DNA of 64,000 nt from Candidatus Bathyarchaeota archaeon (GTDB taxonomy: Archaea > Thermoproteota > Bathyarchaeia > Bathyarchaeales > Bathycorpusculaceae): NCBI GenBank assembly GCA_963827165.1, contig CAWGZR010000006.1, positions 78,166 to 142,165 of the forward strand. Direction: 5' to 3'. The stretch's first letter is position 1; each line of letters opens with the position of its first letter. Below are positions 1-10,862 of this stretch, in pieces. The translations under genes were made by a program, and so were the position numbers. A model generated the notes under the pieces. The model saw only the letters and a list, made by a program, of their open reading frames with translations, did not search any database and was not told where the DNA came from.

Positions 1-283
1 AAACTACTTTTCCAGAACAACAAAGCATTTCCCCAAATTTCTCGCGTAAGACGGCCCAATCATAACTATGCGTTAAAAGAACTACGCCATCAGCTAGAAT
101 GCAGTTTCGTCCTATTTCGACTAAACAAGGTCGTCTATTATAATCAATGGATACATGTCCAAAAAACGCTGTGCCCTCTCCAATGATAACGCCTTTCTTT
201 CTCAGAAACGTAATATATAATCTCGGATCAGACATACAAATTTTTTGAAGAATTGTCGATATTAATCTGGAAACTGTATACAT
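1..283 (-). CDS. Hexapeptide-repeat (LbH) acyltransferase, C-terminus runs off the window
   Basis: Manual translation from ATG at 283: MYTVSRL...LRKKGVIIGEGTAFFGHVSIDYNRRPCLVEIGRNCILADGVVLLTHSYDWAVLR. Typical of polysaccharide O-acetyltransferases; not in the ORF track. Confidence 0.8.
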   Translation of the reverse strand, partial: MYTVSRLISTILQKICMSDPRLYITFLRKKGVIIGEGTAFFGHVSIDYNRRPCLVEIGRNCILADGVVLLTHSYDWAVLREKFGEMLCCSGKVV

Positions 284-508
284 GCCTTTTCGCCTGTAAG
301 CTTATTCCTCAAATTTAAATTAATGACCACCAAGATAATATTGGTTCTTTCTAAGTGCTAATCACAAATATATTATTAATGAATTACAGCGTGAAAGTGG
401 AAAGAGGTTGAAGATTTGATTTTATGAATTTAGGTGCAAGTGGCATTAGCATAGCCAGTGCGTTATTAGCATCAGCACGTCCTATTGCATTTAGTCACAG
501 ATAACGCG

Positions 509-1723
509 TTAGCATGCGTGATTTAGAAGATTTCGAATAATCCGCAAGTAATTCTCAGTGTAAGCTTTCGGAGAAAAGTTTTTTTCAAAAACATTTTTTA
601 TTTTCTGCGGCGACAGGTCTTTTTTCGAAAAATGCAACAAAATATCTTTAAGTTCAGTCCAATCATTAAAAATCAAATTCGGATCGACTTTTTCGATGAT
701 TTCAGGCAGTCCGCCTTGATTTGAACTAATCACAGGAGTGCCAACGGAGAGTGCTTCTAAGGCGACTAAAGGAGCGTTTTCCGGCCAGATGGACGGAATT
801 ATTACAGCTAATGCATTTGCATATAGCGAATATTTGGTCATATTGTCGACAAAGCCTAAAAATAAAATAGAGTCGCTTAGCGAATTCTCCTCAATGTAAT
901 CACGGATATAAGGGCTAAGGCTTCCCCCACCTGCAACCACTAGTTTAGCATTAAGATTGTGCCTTTGTTCCTTAAACAGTTCTATAAGATTCAGAATGCC
1001 TTTATGCTTTTCTAACATGCCCAGAAACAAAAAATAATTTTCGTATCTGGAAGAGGGAATATTGTCAGGTGGGTGTGGCACGAAATTAGGCAATGTGACA
1101 CTTGGCACATCAATCTCTTGTACCAACCGCTTTCGAACATACTCACTGGGTGATATAAGAAGATCAATGTTCCGAACCGCCATCTTGAAGTTTCGACATG
1201 AACGCCAGATTTGAGGAATTCGGTTAGATTTAAGAGAACATGAAGAACAACTTTTTACGTTGCAAATCTCTTCCTGGTTCTTAAAGAGATTATTTGTCGG
1301 GCAGATTAACCAGTAATCGTGAGCAGTATATAAAGAAAGATAGTCTGATCTTTTTCTGAGGAGGTCATACCCCATGAGAGAAATATTGTGGTGATGAACT
1401 ACATTTGGACGAACGTCCTTTAAAATTTGCGAAAATTTGGCATCAACCCACAAGGAATTGCCAACAGTGTAAATCAATAAAGGATCCAAAGTGCCTAAAG
1501 GAGATTTGATAGCATGAACAAAGACGTTTTCTTGGCGAGAAACCACCTTGTTAGGCTGAATTTTACCCCGCTTTACCTTGTACGCATCCAAGCTATGTAT
1601 TATATGAACTTCATGACCACGATCTGCCAGTTCTTTAGACAGGTACTCGACATGAGTCGCATCTCCACCAATATGATAAGGCGGATAGAAACTTGAAGAA
1701 AACAGAAATTTTAGATGCTCCAT
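509..1723 (-). CDS. Glycosyltransferase family 4
   Basis: FYPPYHIGG N-terminus, TAHDYWLICP, FLGMLEKHKG, PSIWPENAPLVALEA (GT-B EX7E). Confidence 0.92.
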   Translation of the reverse strand: MEHLKFLFSSSFYPPYHIGGDATHVEYLSKELADRGHEVHIIHSLDAYKVKRGKIQPNKVVSRQENVFVHAIKSPLGTLDPLLIYTVGNSLWVDAKFSQILKDVRPNVVHHHNISLMGYDLLRKRSDYLSLYTAHDYWLICPTNNLFKNQEEICNVKSCSSCSLKSNRIPQIWRSCRNFKMAVRNIDLLISPSEYVRKRLVQEIDVPSVTLPNFVPHPPDNIPSSRYENYFLFLGMLEKHKGILNLIELFKEQRHNLNAKLVVAGGGSLSPYIRDYIEENSLSDSILFLGFVDNMTKYSLYANALAVIIPSIWPENAPLVALEALSVGTPVISSNQGGLPEIIEKVDPNLIFNDWTELKDILLHFSKKDLSPQKIKNVFEKNFSPKAYTENYLRIIRNLLNHAC

Positions 1724-1948
1724 CGGACAGCCTCTTCACTGAAATAGTTAAGTTAATCACGTTTCTAAAAAATGTTTGAAGACTAAAAAATAAATCGAAA
1801 ATTATGGCTAACGAAGCCCAACGTTGGGTGAATAGTTGTTTCCGCTAAAACTCGAAATTTCCAGGTTAAAATACTTTTACCTTTCTGCATGTTCACGTTT
1901 CGGCTTCTTGCTTTTTTGATGTTTTGTGTTTTTGTATTCTAAATTACG

Positions 1949-2473
1949 TTAATAGTTATATCCTGTGGTATTGCGTAATTTTTTAGCTGGGTTTCCTGCA
2001 ACTATTGTGTTGGGTTCAACGTCTTTAGTTACTATTGATCCTGCACCGACAACCGAGTTATCTCCAATTGTTACACCTTTAAGAATCATTGCTCTCATGC
2101 CAATCCATACATGGTTTCCAATCTTGATTGATTTGCTTACTGCTGGGTTTCCGTCTAATCCGTAACCGTCATGGTCTATAAGCAGAGCTTGAGCGCTTAC
2201 TACGACATCATTTCCGAGCTCTATGCTGCTTGTGCAAGTAATTGTTGACATTCGAAAGTATGTATGGCTACCAATCTTTATTGTTCCTCCGTTGAAAGCA
2301 AATAGTTTTGATTCGTTTTCAATTATTACTCCGTCACCAACAATAATTTTTCCTTCGTTGATTACTTTAATTTTACCAGTAACTAACAGTCTACCTTCTA
2401 CAGTCGTAAATTTCCTTTTGTAGAATGGAGTTATAACTCGTCTTTGAAACAAAGAAGCTATTTCTTTTTTCAT
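1949..2473 (-). CDS. Hexapeptide-repeat O-acyltransferase
   Basis: IKIGNHVWIGMRAMILKGVTIGDNSVVGAGSIVTKDV...VAGNPAK. Confidence 0.9.
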   Translation of the reverse strand: MKKEIASLFQRRVITPFYKRKFTTVEGRLLVTGKIKVINEGKIIVGDGVIIENESKLFAFNGGTIKIGSHTYFRMSTITCTSSIELGNDVVVSAQALLIDHDGYGLDGNPAVSKSIKIGNHVWIGMRAMILKGVTIGDNSVVGAGSIVTKDVEPNTIVAGNPAKKLRNTTGYNY

Positions 2474-2516
2474 GCTTCCAGTTTCACCTTTTTATGTTCA
2501 TTTTTTTCAATTATTT

Positions 2517-3644
2517 TCACTGACCATGCTGTGCCCAAATAAGCGAGGCATATATTTTCTCAATCGTATCTGTTATCTTATTCCAATCATAATACTTCTC
2601 GACTCGGTCTATCGTCTTTCTTTCCATTTTATCAACTGTCTCTGGATTTGCGAGAAGAAATTGGAGTTTTTCTTTTAGATCCTCCGAATCTCCATGTTTG
2701 AATGAAAAACCAGCATCGCCGATAGTTTCCAGATTTTCTGGAATGTCACTTACAAGTACACATTTGCCCAAAGCCATTGCTGTGAGCAAGGCAGGGGATG
2801 TGCCCTCAAGTTCAGAAGGGGTGACATAAAGGTAGGCACCTTTGCACAAATTCTCATAATCCTTTCCATATACGTACCCTAAAAACTTGGTATTTTTATT
2901 AGCGTTTTTTCTTAGAAGCCGCTCGTATTCCTTATTATACGGGTCACCTCCAACGATAACCAATTCGAAATCCGTTTCGATTTTCTTAAAAGCCTCAACC
3001 AAATAATGAACGCCTTTCTCGTGCACTAACCTGCCTACAAAAAGGATGTATTTCTTATTTTTGAGGTTTTTACTGTCGAGAATTGTTTTATCAGGTTCTG
3101 ATAGATCAATATTGGCCCCATAAGGGACATAAATTGGGGGCTTGCCGAAGTTCTTACAGTACCAAGCTTGTACTACTTTTGAGTCGACAATTGTGACATT
3201 AGGCAAATATAACGCATAACGAGCTGTAATACGTAGGATTTTTCTTACCCACAATGGATAACTCTTTCTATTCCAAACTAGACCATCAAGAGTAATTACC
3301 GTTTTTGAGGAAAACATCCTTGGAATAAGTGCAAAGGGCCAAGCATCAGAACCAAAAAGATGAACAACATCAAAATCCCTGTGTAATGTGTCAAAAGTAG
3401 AAACAAATGCGCGGAAAGGAAAATCCAGAAATTTGCTTTTTAGACAGCGGACATACAACAACTGCACACCTTTGTATGATCTCATCTGTGGTTTTAAATC
3501 CCTATATCCGCAGTATACAGTTACTTCATGCCCTTTTTTAGCAAGTCTAGTAGCAACTTCCTCGACACAGGTTTCAAATCCCCCATAGCGAGCGGGAATA
3601 CCCATTGTTCCCGCAAAAGCGATTTTCAAAATAATCAACACCAA
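2517..3644 (-). CDS. Glycosyltransferase family 4 (rhamnosyltransferase-like N-terminus)
   Basis: GTMGIPARYGGFETCVEE, FVGRLVHEKG, PSELEGTSPALLTAM. Confidence 0.9.
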   Translation of the reverse strand: MVLIILKIAFAGTMGIPARYGGFETCVEEVATRLAKKGHEVTVYCGYRDLKPQMRSYKGVQLLYVRCLKSKFLDFPFRAFVSTFDTLHRDFDVVHLFGSDAWPFALIPRMFSSKTVITLDGLVWNRKSYPLWVRKILRITARYALYLPNVTIVDSKVVQAWYCKNFGKPPIYVPYGANIDLSEPDKTILDSKNLKNKKYILFVGRLVHEKGVHYLVEAFKKIETDFELVIVGGDPYNKEYERLLRKNANKNTKFLGYVYGKDYENLCKGAYLYVTPSELEGTSPALLTAMALGKCVLVSDIPENLETIGDAGFSFKHGDSEDLKEKLQFLLANPETVDKMERKTIDRVEKYYDWNKITDTIEKIYASLIWAQHGQ

Positions 3645-3869
3645 AATCCAAGATTTCCGATATCAGAGTTTGTGGCCAAAAGCTCGCTTTTTCGTTAACA
3701 GTTTAAGTAATTTTCAATAGCGTATTTACGCGTACCTATAGATCCTTCTTTCATTAAATCCAAACAGCAATTCAAAGTGGCATTTTATATCAAAGGGTTT
3801 GGAATTGAGTTACTTTACTATATAGCGAGCAAGCTCAGTTTTTGCATTTGGCAATTATGCTTCGGACGT

Positions 3870-4754
3870 TCATGATTGTTTCCAAAAAGTGTCAATGTAT
3901 TCTTTTAAAGCGTCTTCCCAATGTCTGGTCGAATCTAGCCCAAGCAATTCAAGCTTGTAGTTCCTAGACATTTCAGACCTAGCTCTAGGTGCAGGTAAAG
4001 GGAAATACGCCGAGCTAACAGGTTCTATTGCTACATCTTTTCTTCCCATGAACTCAACAATTTTCTTTGCAACATCAAACCTCGATCCAACACCTTTGTT
4101 CGTACAATGGTAGAGTCCATAGAAACCAGTTTCAATCAGGTCAGCCATGCATCTACAAAAGTCATAAGTGTATGTGGGACTACCAATCTTATCATTGACC
4201 GCTTTCAGCGTCTTTGTTTCATTTATTTGCCTGATGATTTTTCCAATAAACTTCTTATCCTTTTTCGGTCCGCCGCCGACCATCCAACCGGCGCGCATGA
4301 TATAGAATTTTTGCAAAAGGATTTCCACAATTTTTTCGCCCTCAAGCTTGCTTCTGCCGTACACGTTAATTGGATTTGGTTCATCAAACTCAGTGTACGG
4401 TTCAGGTTTATCTCCCCAGAATACACCTAAGGTACTAATGTATACCATCTCGACGTTCCGTTTTTGACATACCAAGGCAACATTCTGAGTGCCAATAGTA
4501 TTAGTGAGAAAAGCGTGATCAGGTTCGACTTCGCATCGGTCTACATCTGTTTCGGCTGCTAAGTGCATTACCATATTGGGCTCAACTTTTTCAACCATTT
4601 CTTTTATATCATTGAAATTTCGTACATCTAATTTTTTGCTTCCTTCGTTTGATGGAGCGAGATCAGTAGCTATAACAGTGTATCCTTTCTTCTTAAGCGT
4701 AGGGCATAATGCGCTACCGAGCATTCCATCAGCGCCGGTTATAAGTACTTTCAT
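3870..4754 (-). CDS. rfbD: dTDP-4-dehydrorhamnose reductase
   Basis: ITGADGMLG, AAETDVDRCE, PINVYGRSKLEGE (YxxxK), GSPTY, PAPRA. Confidence 0.88.
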   Translation of the reverse strand: MKVLITGADGMLGSALCPTLKKKGYTVIATDLAPSNEGSKKLDVRNFNDIKEMVEKVEPNMVMHLAAETDVDRCEVEPDHAFLTNTIGTQNVALVCQKRNVEMVYISTLGVFWGDKPEPYTEFDEPNPINVYGRSKLEGEKIVEILLQKFYIMRAGWMVGGGPKKDKKFIGKIIRQINETKTLKAVNDKIGSPTYTYDFCRCMADLIETGFYGLYHCTNKGVGSRFDVAKKIVEFMGRKDVAIEPVSSAYFPLPAPRARSEMSRNYKLELLGLDSTRHWEDALKEYIDTFWKQS

Positions 4755-5086
4755 TTTAGGTCACCATTAAATGTGTGTGAGTTTTCCTTCTCATACATGC
4801 TTTGATTAATACTCAAAACACCATTCATAGATAACTCTTAAGCTTTTCTGGAAGAACTATGCAATACTCAATAGTTCAACAGAAATACTCTGATTGAAAA
4901 ATCTAAATTCCAACAGCTTTGAGCGCGCACGTCCGCCGCACTTAATATTTCCCCACTATCGCAACATGGAATTAATCGTTTCGAAAATACACCAAATTTA
5001 TGCTTTGAAAAGTAGACTCAACGTCTGCTAAACACCTAAAATCCTTCGATTCGTACGCCTTAAGAAAATGACGTAATTTTTTCGGG

Positions 5087-5701
5087 TTATGCTCTGAGCA
5101 CGGCTACTGTGGCAAAAGTGACTGTTAATCCTAGCAAACTGAGAGTAATGGGAACTATTCCAAGTCCGTATGAAGTATAATAAAAGACTAAGCCAACCAT
5201 AGGAACAAGGGCTAGGCTTAAACCGAAACTTAGGGCTATTCGTACGATGATGTCTATGTCTTTGCTGCTGGTAGACAAAGGTAATTTTGAAGGAAAAAGC
5301 ATTTTTATAAAGGCGAAACCGGGCAGAAACAATGTTAAAACTAAACCCAATATCGAGCGGACATACACAACTGGATACGCGTTATCTGGTACGGCTAACA
5401 CCGATACTGCAGTTGCAAGTGCCAAAAAAACTGTAATCCAATACCAAACTTTTTGTTTTGAGGAAAAATTGGCCGTGAGAGGTGAAGCAACCACTGTTTC
5501 GTTTTTGGCAAAGTTCACTTTATTTTCTCGCTCAAGTTGAATCAACACTTTGGTTAATTCTTTTTTGGACAAAGGGGTTTTTTCTTTAACAAGCTCGATT
5601 AATTGTTGAGTAGTTTCTGGCGACTGTTTTTCAATAGTTTCAAGTATAATTTGTCTTGATAATTCTATTGCCTGATCACTATGAACTTGCGCTTCAGTCA
5701 T
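5087..5701 (-). CDS. DUF1616-like membrane protein (transmembrane part)
   Basis: RSILGLVLTLFLPGFAFIKMLFP and RIALSFGLSLALVP match the DUF1616 N-terminal helices as recalled. Confidence 0.7.
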   Translation of the reverse strand: MTEAQVHSDQAIELSRQIILETIEKQSPETTQQLIELVKEKTPLSKKELTKVLIQLERENKVNFAKNETVVASPLTANFSSKQKVWYWITVFLALATAVSVLAVPDNAYPVVYVRSILGLVLTLFLPGFAFIKMLFPSKLPLSTSSKDIDIIVRIALSFGLSLALVPMVGLVFYYTSYGLGIVPITLSLLGLTVTFATVAVLRA

Positions 5702-6070
5702 CGCGAGACCGCCTTCAAAAGCCTAGTTTTTCTAAATTTAAGCACGGACAATACACCAATTACATCGATTGACAATTTATAAAAATAATTTGCCGCACCT
5801 ACGAAAAATAGTAAAAGATTCCATTTGCACTATACGAAAGACCAACAAAACCCAGATTTAGCAAGCAACGACCCCGGAATAAAGAAAAAAAGAGTCACAA
5901 AAAAAGCATTTCAATAATTCGGAAAAGAATCTTCAACGAGTTTTCTCTGCATCGAGTTTGCATTCAAACATATTCTTCGGATCTGCACACATTGAACTAA
6001 GATATGAATAAAGATGAACCGTCAACATAGATTATTTCAAGTGCTATATCTTCCAGAAAAACAACGATTT

Positions 6071-7586
6071 CTAAAGCGGTTCTACATCTAATGTTTCTTC
6101 GTTACTGCCTACTCGCACGTTTTTGAGAAGATACATAAGCTTATTTGAGAGTTCTCGGGAAACAGGAAGCGGTTTCTTGCCGAATTGGGAGATTTGTCTG
6201 AAAGTCTCAACTTTCCAGTAATTACGCATTATTTGTTTTCCCATGGTTGAAATCTGGTATGCACTCAACCATTTGGATCGCATCACAACAGTTTCCGATG
6301 TATAATTGGACCAATCATTACTTACAATTAGCTTTTGTTCCTGCGCTATTCTGCTAAGGCTTGTTCCCGGGTAAGGAGTTAAGTAACTCCAGTGAACTCT
6401 ATCAGGAGCTAATTCTTCCACAAAACAAGCGGTCTTTCTCATGCTTTCAATAGTTTCACTAGGCCAACCAAAAACTATGTGACCCACCGAGCTTATTTTA
6501 AATTCTTTTGTTAAATTGAAAGCTTTTCGGGTGATATCCAGATTAGATTTAGGTTTTGCAACACTGATAAGACTTTCGTCACCCGTTTCCACACCAAGTT
6601 GAATAGATTTACATCCAGCTTTTTTCATCTTCTCAAGAATGGCTCGATTGAGGTTATCGAGGCGCGCTTCACAAAACCAGGGCAATTCAATTTTTCTCTC
6701 AATTATCATATCACATATTTTGGCAGCACGTTTTTCAAAGATTGGAAAAGATTGATCTCTGAACATGAATCCTTCAACATTTCGTGAAGACAGATATTCA
6801 ATTTCACCTACAATGTCTTCAGATGAACGCCCTTCCCACTGGTTTCCGAAGCCTATCGGATAAGGACAGTAATAGCACATTGATGCGCATCCAATAGCGC
6901 CTACAATTGGTATGTAGCTGTAACGAATTCCATCTGTGTCCTTGAATCGTTCGTACCCATTCAAATCCAACTCTTCATACCGTGGAAACGGCAGACCAAC
7001 GAGACTTTTAGTGCAGCCTCCAGTACTCGCAAAGATTTGGCCACCTTTTAAGAAAGACACACAAGGAATATTGTCAAGTTCCGTTCCCTGTTCAAGGGCG
7101 TCGATGAGTTGATTAAGGTTAGCGACGTATGGATATCTACTGGTTGACAATAAGTCAACTTTGCTTTTTCCAAGAATTTCCTGTTGTAGAACATGACATG
7201 AAGTCCCAACACAAACAAGGGTCGTACTTGGAAGGGCGTCTTTGATTGCGTTAAGGAGAGTCAGGTCTCCTCGCAGCGAAGGAAGCCCTATTTGAGAGAT
7301 AATAAGGTTAGGATTCTTTTTCTCTACGATTTGAAGAGTTCCTTGTTGGTTCAGCTTGGATTTTTGTCCATCCAATATGCTGAACTCGCAATTTCGTTGA
7401 TGTAAAATTGATGAGGCGTAAGCCTAGAAATGGATAAAAGAATGGGTCACCGCTCTGGCCATACCCTTTCCTGTTGTTCGGTATTGCTGTACCAAAACCA
7501 CCTGCCCAGTCTCGACACACGTCCATATGAGAAGGACTGGGAGGATTCAATAACATGACCTTAAGCTCTTTTTTCAAATATATCAC
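6071..7586 (-). pseudogene. B12-binding radical SAM protein interrupted by a one-base insertion
   Basis: ORFs 7308-7586 (LLNPPS...YPFL) and 6071-7375 join as YPFL-AYASSILHQRNCEFSILDG when one extra base at about 7423 is removed. GCASMCYYC (CX3CX2C), LGVETG and TPYPGT are intact. Confidence 0.8.
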
Positions 7587-7638
7587 TTCACGTTGAGGAT
7601 ATTTTTAACAGTGATCAGACCCTTCATTGATATCGTTT

Positions 7639-8544
7639 CTATTGTTTTGTCTCTTTTGATGTCAAGGTTTTAACGGGATGAAATATGCCTGCTTTTTCAT
7701 TAGAGCAGATGTCTTCTTCGGACCAAATCGGTCGATATCTGAAGAATGGAAAGTTCAGCTTACTGACTTTGAATCCGAGATTAGTCAGAACAGTTGGAAG
7801 TCTCATTTCAGATTGGCAATAAAATTCTGCAGAGGATGTTTGGTCGAGTTCTCTAAGTTTTTCAAGGACGCTGCGCGAGAGCAGGTTTCCAGAGAAAATG
7901 CTGCGGTAAAGGTTTGTTGATAGCCTCCTTCGTTTTAACCATCTTTTCATAACCTGGCTGCATTTCGGAGGAAAGTTGTAAAAATACCAGTTGGGAGTTG
8001 CTTCGCTGTAGTCGACAAAACATGCGTCGTAGGATTTTGCGTAGTTTCCATATATTTCTTCTAGTGGTTTGGTTGTGAAGATATCGAACTCGTAGAAAAT
8101 CAAATAGTCAAAGTCAAGTTGCTTTCCTAAAGTGTTAAACCACCGCATAATTACGTAATCTAAGTTCCAGAGCAATAGAGGAGTGTAGTCGGCGTACAAG
8201 GTTTGAGGGCACTCTTGCTTGGTCTTATAATGTAATTCAATCTGCTTGTTGTGTCCAGTAAGATTGACCACTTTTTCGTTGATTATATTGGATAATTTGA
8301 AAACGCCTGGCGCCCCTAAGACCATGGAATTGATTGAGTGCGCGACTGGCCCAATTAGTCGTAAACTTCCCGTTGAGCCAAACATGTTCTCATCAACAAT
8401 CATAGGCAAATACAGTAGCTGTCGTGTTCCAACCGCCGGAATAAACAGGACATCGGGGTTCATAACACGGAGCCTTCGCAATCGCAACATTGCCATTGTG
8501 GATTGTGATTCAGAAAACAGGTAAAAAGCAGCAAATTTGCCCAC
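7639..8544 (-). CDS. Hypothetical protein, possible GT-A-like glycan-modifying enzyme
   Basis: 301-aa ORF inside the glycan cluster; FDYLIFYEFDIF (ExD after a beta strand) and C-terminal IFHPVK. Confidence 0.55.
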   Translation of the reverse strand: MGKFAAFYLFSESQSTMAMLRLRRLRVMNPDVLFIPAVGTRQLLYLPMIVDENMFGSTGSLRLIGPVAHSINSMVLGAPGVFKLSNIINEKVVNLTGHNKQIELHYKTKQECPQTLYADYTPLLLWNLDYVIMRWFNTLGKQLDFDYLIFYEFDIFTTKPLEEIYGNYAKSYDACFVDYSEATPNWYFYNFPPKCSQVMKRWLKRRRLSTNLYRSIFSGNLLSRSVLEKLRELDQTSSAEFYCQSEMRLPTVLTNLGFKVSKLNFPFFRYRPIWSEEDICSNEKAGIFHPVKTLTSKETKQ

Positions 8545-8648
8545 TTATAATCAACTTCCCAAATTAATGTTTTCAATTCGAGATCAGAATAATTGCGATT
8601 GAGCTCTGAAAATCCAAATGTGAGAGGACAGTAATATCAAAATACTAA

Positions 8649-9248
8649 TCAAACGGTTTGAGTTAGGTTCAGCTGAAGGCTAACGTAGCGATTGTTGTAT
8701 TGAATTGTATTGGTCTGTGCATTGTAAATCCACAGCTCGAACAAAAGCTGATATGGGAACATGGTACTATTTGAGTCCCATGCAGCGGGCTTGTTTATGG
8801 TAAATGCAACATCGTTTATCGTTAAAACGTTAACAAGAGCTTGGTTTTCAGAAAACGTGGCTGAAGAGACCGAAAAATTCATCAAGCTCTCCCAGTTGTC
8901 GCCATTATGAAGAAAAAACGCGTACTCATACAGTGGCGAAACTGAACTTGGAGTTCCTGTCGCCGGATTTGGGTAAAGATCGGTTTGATTTTTCAACTTT
9001 ACATACAATACGTAGTAGGCCGACGAACCCAACTGATTTGTGACGCCAACGTATAAGGAATTGTTGTGGCCAACGGCAATATTGAACGGGTAATTCTCCA
9101 TAGTATGTCCTGGTCCCAAAAGAGACAACTCGGAAAATTTCTCGCCCTCAGGAATGGGTATAACAATGCTGAGGGCAGGGGTGGCAATGAGTAAAACTCC
9201 AATTAAACCCATCACAACAAAAATGAGTTTATACTCTCCAATCTTCAT
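8649..9248 (-). CDS. DUF1616-like protein (extracellular part, N-terminal anchor)
   Basis: N-terminal TM, then EKFSELSLLGP...ENYP...LYVGVTN...YVLYVKL. Confidence 0.7.
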   Translation of the reverse strand: MKIGEYKLIFVVMGLIGVLLIATPALSIVIPIPEGEKFSELSLLGPGHTMENYPFNIAVGHNNSLYVGVTNQLGSSAYYVLYVKLKNQTDLYPNPATGTPSSVSPLYEYAFFLHNGDNWESLMNFSVSSATFSENQALVNVLTINDVAFTINKPAAWDSNSTMFPYQLLFELWIYNAQTNTIQYNNRYVSLQLNLTQTV

Positions 9249-9727
9249 TAGCGATGCACCTCGGGTTTTGCTTCCAATAAGCTCTTAAGGTATCTCTGCT
9301 TTAGCCTGCGCCAAACTAAAAACAGCACCAAAACGAATACTATTGCACCAATGACTGTAAATACTATAATACGCCAGAAAGCATTTTTACCGGAAACCGA
9401 AGCAGTTTGCGTGGCATCTTGGGCGGAAACGGTGACTTCTTGGGCAATCGGGAGTACGCTTTCTGCCTTGGTTGCCGCTGCATTGGAATCACCAGCCCTA
9501 TAAGAATTTTCTGCTTGAACCAAGTCGCCCGCTGCAACATTCAGTTGAGCAAGTAATCCAGTAACGTTTGCACCCGCGTTTTCAGCACCCAGAACAGCAT
9601 TGAAAGCCTGCTCAAGAGCAGTATTAGCCGCCTGCAACTTCGACGCAGTTTGATCACTTTGCGCAAAAACACAGTGCCTACCGTAGAGACAAGAGCTAAA
9701 CGCCAAGAACACAAACAGGACAATCAT
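9248..9727 (-). CDS. Secreted helical protein with C-terminal membrane anchor
   Basis: Signal-like N-terminus, Ala-rich helical core, C-terminal TM followed by WRRLK; 1-nt overlap with the next gene. Confidence 0.75.
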   Translation of the reverse strand: MIVLFVFLAFSSCLYGRHCVFAQSDQTASKLQAANTALEQAFNAVLGAENAGANVTGLLAQLNVAAGDLVQAENSYRAGDSNAAATKAESVLPIAQEVTVSAQDATQTASVSGKNAFWRIIVFTVIGAIVFVLVLFLVWRRLKQRYLKSLLEAKPEVHR

Positions 9728-10060
9728 AAAAAGTTTACAATTGGCGTTAATTTGTTGCCGCCTCCAAACTAAATGCCACTTTAAGCCAAGGTTATTTTTG
9801 CGTCCAAGTATAGGCAGAGTCTTTAGAGGGATTCAAGTTTGTCGTTAATTTTTTAGGGCGATTATATCCGTCTATCGGCCATAAACAAGTTTTTCTTGTG
9901 CCAAGAATTCTTGATAGTTGTAGTCACTTCGTAAGTGTAACCGTTAAATGCGAGAGCGATTACTCCACTTCTAACGCTGGCCGAGATTTGAGAGAATTTT
10001 GGAACTTTGGTTACTTGGACACTATTTTGGTTGGATAGCACCGGCATTTGTAGCTGACCA

Positions 10061-10696
10061 CTAGCTTATTTGTGAAAGTCTGTCAACGTATCTTATTACT
10101 TCGTAAGCCTCAGCTGCGTGAAGGTTAACTTGGCTTCCTCGGAAAGCGGATAGATTTACCATTGATTCGTAGTTAAGATACCTTTTTGATTTCTGAGTAA
10201 GATGACATTGTAGCGCTTCCCATTTAAACTGAATAAAATCTGATATATCTACAAAATAGTTTGGAGCGAAGTGCCCCATAACTCTAGGAGTCTCATATGC
10301 AAGTAACTTTGAAACATTTCTGAATGCAGATAAAGATAGCCAAGCTATTTGGCGATGGTCCTGATGAGTATCATTGGTTGTATGAGTTAAAACTGTGTCT
10401 GGTTTGTATTTGTCATAAAAGTCCTCTAAAAATTTGATTGCCTCATGCGAATTAGGAATTTCGGTATCTTTAAAGTCCCCGAAAAAAACATCTTTTACAC
10501 CAAGAATTGATAGGGCTTTTTTGCTTTCGCACATTCGTACCTTGGGATCGCCGCTTTTTTCGCCTTTCGTCAAATAGACTGCAATTACTTTTTTTCCTGT
10601 AGCCGAAGCAGCACTTATGGTTCCTCCACAGCCTAGTTCGATATCGTCAGGATGGGCGCCTACCGCAATCAAGACATTCGATCTTAAGACCACCAT
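10061..10696 (-). CDS. PIG-L/LmbE family deacetylase
   Basis: GAHPDDIELGCGG and DTHQDH metal-binding motifs. Confidence 0.92.
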   Translation of the reverse strand: MVVLRSNVLIAVGAHPDDIELGCGGTISAASATGKKVIAVYLTKGEKSGDPKVRMCESKKALSILGVKDVFFGDFKDTEIPNSHEAIKFLEDFYDKYKPDTVLTHTTNDTHQDHRQIAWLSLSAFRNVSKLLAYETPRVMGHFAPNYFVDISDFIQFKWEALQCHLTQKSKRYLNYESMVNLSAFRGSQVNLHAAEAYEVIRYVDRLSQIS

Positions 10697-10862
10697 TCAA
10701 CACCTCAGAATATTTTCACTCAATAGTTTATATATGATTCCTTTGATACTGCAAGTAAATTTCCTTATCTGATAGATATTTCACTTGTTCATAAAAAGTC
10801 ATTTTGAACTTTAAATTAACAATTGTTAACAATACTGGAAAGCACGAGCGGGTAATTCTGTG

